Assembly (NCBI RefSeq): GCF_009834535.1
Contig: NC_045697.1
Coordinates: forward strand, 108,874,001-108,938,000
Source of the DNA: Camelus ferus
Taxonomy: Eukaryota
Length of the DNA: 64,000 nt
Direction: 5' to 3'
The notes below the pieces were generated by a model. That model saw only the letters and a program-made list of their open reading frames with translations, did no database searches and had not been told where the DNA came from. This document shows, in pieces, positions 61,001 to 64,000 of this stretch. Every line of letters starts with the position of its first letter. Within the stretch, counting starts at the first letter, position 1. The position numbers and the translations under genes were made by a program.

Positions 61001-62209
61001 GCCTTTATTTATAAACAAATGCAATCATGGATAAGTTTTTTTTTTATATCTAGGAGAAATTTTTTTGGGTGTAGTTACATACTAGTATTTCCACAGCGAT
61101 AGTCTTTGAGTGAATTCAGCATTTCCTTGATGCAAGTTTGTACATGATTTCATTCTTATCAAACTTCAGTACTAGTTAGAATCTAGACCTTAGTCTGAAT
61201 GCAGGAGTTGGAGTGAGGCCAAAAGAGTAGGCAGTAAACTGCCAGAAGGTAACGATACTGTAAGGTATTAAATGTTTGTTGAATGAATGAGAGGGAGGTG
61301 GGGGGAGAGAGAGAGAAATGAGATTGAGTTTGAGATTGTGTGTGTGTGTATGTGTGTTGATAAAGAAAATAGAACATAAAACAGAGAATAAGTCAGGAGG
61401 TTTGCTATCTTCATCAAGTGAAGTTACAGATATGGAAGGAGATTGTGATCTTAAAGTGAATCACTAGAATTAAAATTTTTCTAAAAGTATTACTTTCTGA
61501 GCAATGATAAGGTCCAAAGAGTGGCCATGGGAATTCCAGTTGCTTAAGTAGAATTGGGCAAGAAAGGTGAAAGGCATTAGAGATGAAGGAGTTAATGAAA
61601 TCTGAGACTAACTTGTAGGTTGGGATGTACTGTGTTACTTGAATATATCTTTTATCTGCCCTCACATTTTTTGGCCCCTTGTCCAAATACAAATGATCAA
61701 ATCTGAATCAAACTACCAAATTAAGGCTTCCTACAAGTATACTGAGGGGGGGGAAAATCATACGTCTTTACACATTGTTTTACTATAACCCATCAATCTG
61801 CATCAGCATAGGTAGGCAGGCTCATGCAATAGCTCTTGTTTTAGTTTAAGTATTTTGCTATTTGTATTTAAAAAAAAATAAAACAGCATACTACATACTG
61901 TGCCATTAGTAGTCTGTCTTTGATGAGCCATGAAATCTCAGCTTAGACACCTTATATACTACTAGAAGGAACTGTAAACTGAACCTAGAATCAATCCCTG
62001 AGGTGGACCCAATGGCAGGCAAAGGGTTGGGAACACCGAGGGTCATAATAAGAGATAGGGACAGAGCAGAAGACCTGGATACAGCACCCTCAGTAATTTG
62101 GTACTGACTGGAAAGAAGGCAGATGATGGTGTTAAGGTGGGGAAGAGGGCAGTGCTGTGGGGTGGCCTGCAAAGAAATGGGGTTGGGAGTCAGCATTGCA
62201 GGACCAAAA

Positions 62210-62415
62210 GCAGTTCTGAACTGCAGAGTTCCTCCAGGTGTACACAGAGGACAGAGGACACCTGCATCAGAATCACCTCGCTTACTTGTTAGAAATTGTC
62301 TCCTGGGCTCCATGCCCCAGCTTACTGAAAGTTACAACAGGCAGCTGAGAAGAATCTGCCTGTTCAGTAGATTTCTCAGGTGGTTCTTACCCAAACTCAA
62401 GTTTGAGAATGGGTA
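62210..62415. mobile_element. MER5-type hAT-Charlie MITE
   Basis: ctgcatcagaatcacct...ctcaggtggttctta...aagtttgagaa. Confidence 0.65.
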
Positions 62416-62899
62416 GTTTAGAAGTGGAGAGCTGAGAAATTGCTGACCCTCCCTCTACCCACTTGATAAACAGAATGTGGGAGAATAATCAGCTTTGACT
62501 CAGGATAATTGTAGAGTGGCAGAGAGGCCACCGCGAGGAGGTTAAGGATGTTGCAATATGTTTACAGTCAAACTGGGAATGTGGAGATCTGCTCGAACAA
62601 CAGCTTTGCTTCTGGCAGATAATTCCTTAGAAGCAGCTAACTTAAAACAACAAAGGGGTTTTTTAAACTACCAAAATTCATAGAACATTTAACAATATTT
62701 TCAGTTTGTTTCTTTAAAAAGTATATGAGGTAAATGCTTTGGGAGGTTTTATCCATTTTGAAAAATGAGATAAGGTGTTGAAATTGAGAAAACTTAGTAT
62801 TCATATTATATCGGCTAGATGCTAGGTCTGCCAGAGAGGAGCAGGTTAGATGGTCTTAGGGAGCTTCCAGTCTGCAGCAGAAGAGCGTATAGACAGTGT

Positions 62900-63620
62900 T
62901 AATACCATGTGAGAAGCGGTATGCTGGGCCAGGTATAGGGTGCTCTGGGAGCAGGTGGGAGGAGTATGGAATGATTCCCTGAGGAGTTTCTCTCCACACT
63001 GAATCGGAAGGATGAGCTAGCCAGATGAGGAAGGGCAGAGAATGTTCCCACCTGTGGCAAGACCATAGCGTTGAAAATTCACTATTGTTGGAGTGGAGAA
63101 TGTGTGGGCAGATGTGTGAGAAAGGAGACTGGAGAAATAGGGATGAGATCCTGCAAAACCTCAAAAATATGTGGAGGAGTTTGGACTTTACCTAGAAGGC
63201 AATGGAGGGCCGCTAAATGTCATAAAAAATGAAATGTCTCATCAGATTTGCATTTAGAAATTTGTCTCTGCCTATTGTTGGAAGAATGCATTTCAGGGCC
63301 GATATGACTAGAGAGGGAGACAAAGTCAGTTGGGTCACCAAGGGAAGAAGGGAAGGAAGACTTCGGACTTTGCTCTTGTAGAGAAGCTAGAACCAATAAA
63401 GAACACCAAGCCATTTTTTAAAATGTAGATAGGAGGGAAACTGGGAGAATGTAGTGTAAGGAAACTAGAGAGAAGAGAGTTCATGTAAGTTATAGAATAC
63501 TTGGGGAATCCTGACAGATTGTCGGTGGTTACAATGTGAACTTTGGGAATCACTGCTGTTTTAAGATTTCTCCTCCCCTCCCTGAGTGAAAGAGAATTCA
63601 TTAATAAAACTCTAGTTCTG
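62900..63620 (-). mobile_element. L2 LINE fragment
   Basis: aggagtttggacttta...atcagatttgcatttag antisense L2 motifs. Confidence 0.6.
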
Positions 63621-64000
63621 CTTACAAATGAAAGTGTTGTGCATCTGATTAAGGGTGTGTATTTTAAAGCAAATTTGCTGAACATTTAAGTATTGATATT
63701 GCACCAACTTTAGTGCTAAATTATAAAGTTACACATTTAACCTCATTCTTTTTTTACCTCGGTTAAAATGTAAATGGAGGCAAGTTATTTTGGTTGAAAA
63801 TGAGCACCCCTTCACAGCCTACGAAGCTGTAACTATAAGTATTATTTTGTATCCTTTGAAAAGGACTTAAACTATACATGAAACTTTTTTGCCAAAAGCA
63901 TTATATTTTGTTTCATTTTAATTGTTTGAAGATTTATTTTTAAAACTATTAAATACTCCAGCATTATCCTAGTAGCTTGAATAGAGTTAACTATAGGTTT

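Noticed and set aside
1..64000. CRISPR arrays, tRNA/rRNA genes, prokaryotic operons
   Set aside because: None seen; the window is mammalian genic and intronic DNA.

Overview
Mammalian genomic DNA containing the head-to-head TIGD4 / ARFIP1 locus. No Alu, B1/B2, Bov-A/BovB, PRE-1, CAN or ERE SINEs were recognised, and the L1 3' ends look cetartiodactyl-type, so a camelid is my tentative guess. TIGD4 (a domesticated pogo/Tigger transposase, 512 aa, single coding exon 4424-5962) is on the minus strand. ARFIP1 (arfaptin-1) is on the plus strand, with a non-coding exon 1 in a shared CpG-island promoter (~14.0-15.2 kb), a ~39.8-kb intron 1 and its first canonical coding exon at 54757-54858. The rest is intronic DNA rich in MIR, L2, L1, MLT1 and MER elements; repeat families were named by eye, so subfamilies and most boundaries are approximate. 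Most notable observations: (1) an 80-nt intron-1 exon (29383-29462) that looks like a recursive-splicing (AG|GTATGT) exon and encodes an in-frame 29-aa N-terminal extension of arfaptin-1; (2) a young, 5'-complete, tail-less, TSD-flanked L1 (41786-44169) whose open truncated ORF1 carries a GTAAGT donor in frame with ARFIP1 exon 2; (3) about 60 bp away, a tail-to-tail ~3-kb half-L1-like element, the pair forming a ~2-kb inverted repeat with convergent promoters. These are sequence-level predictions with no expression data behind them.
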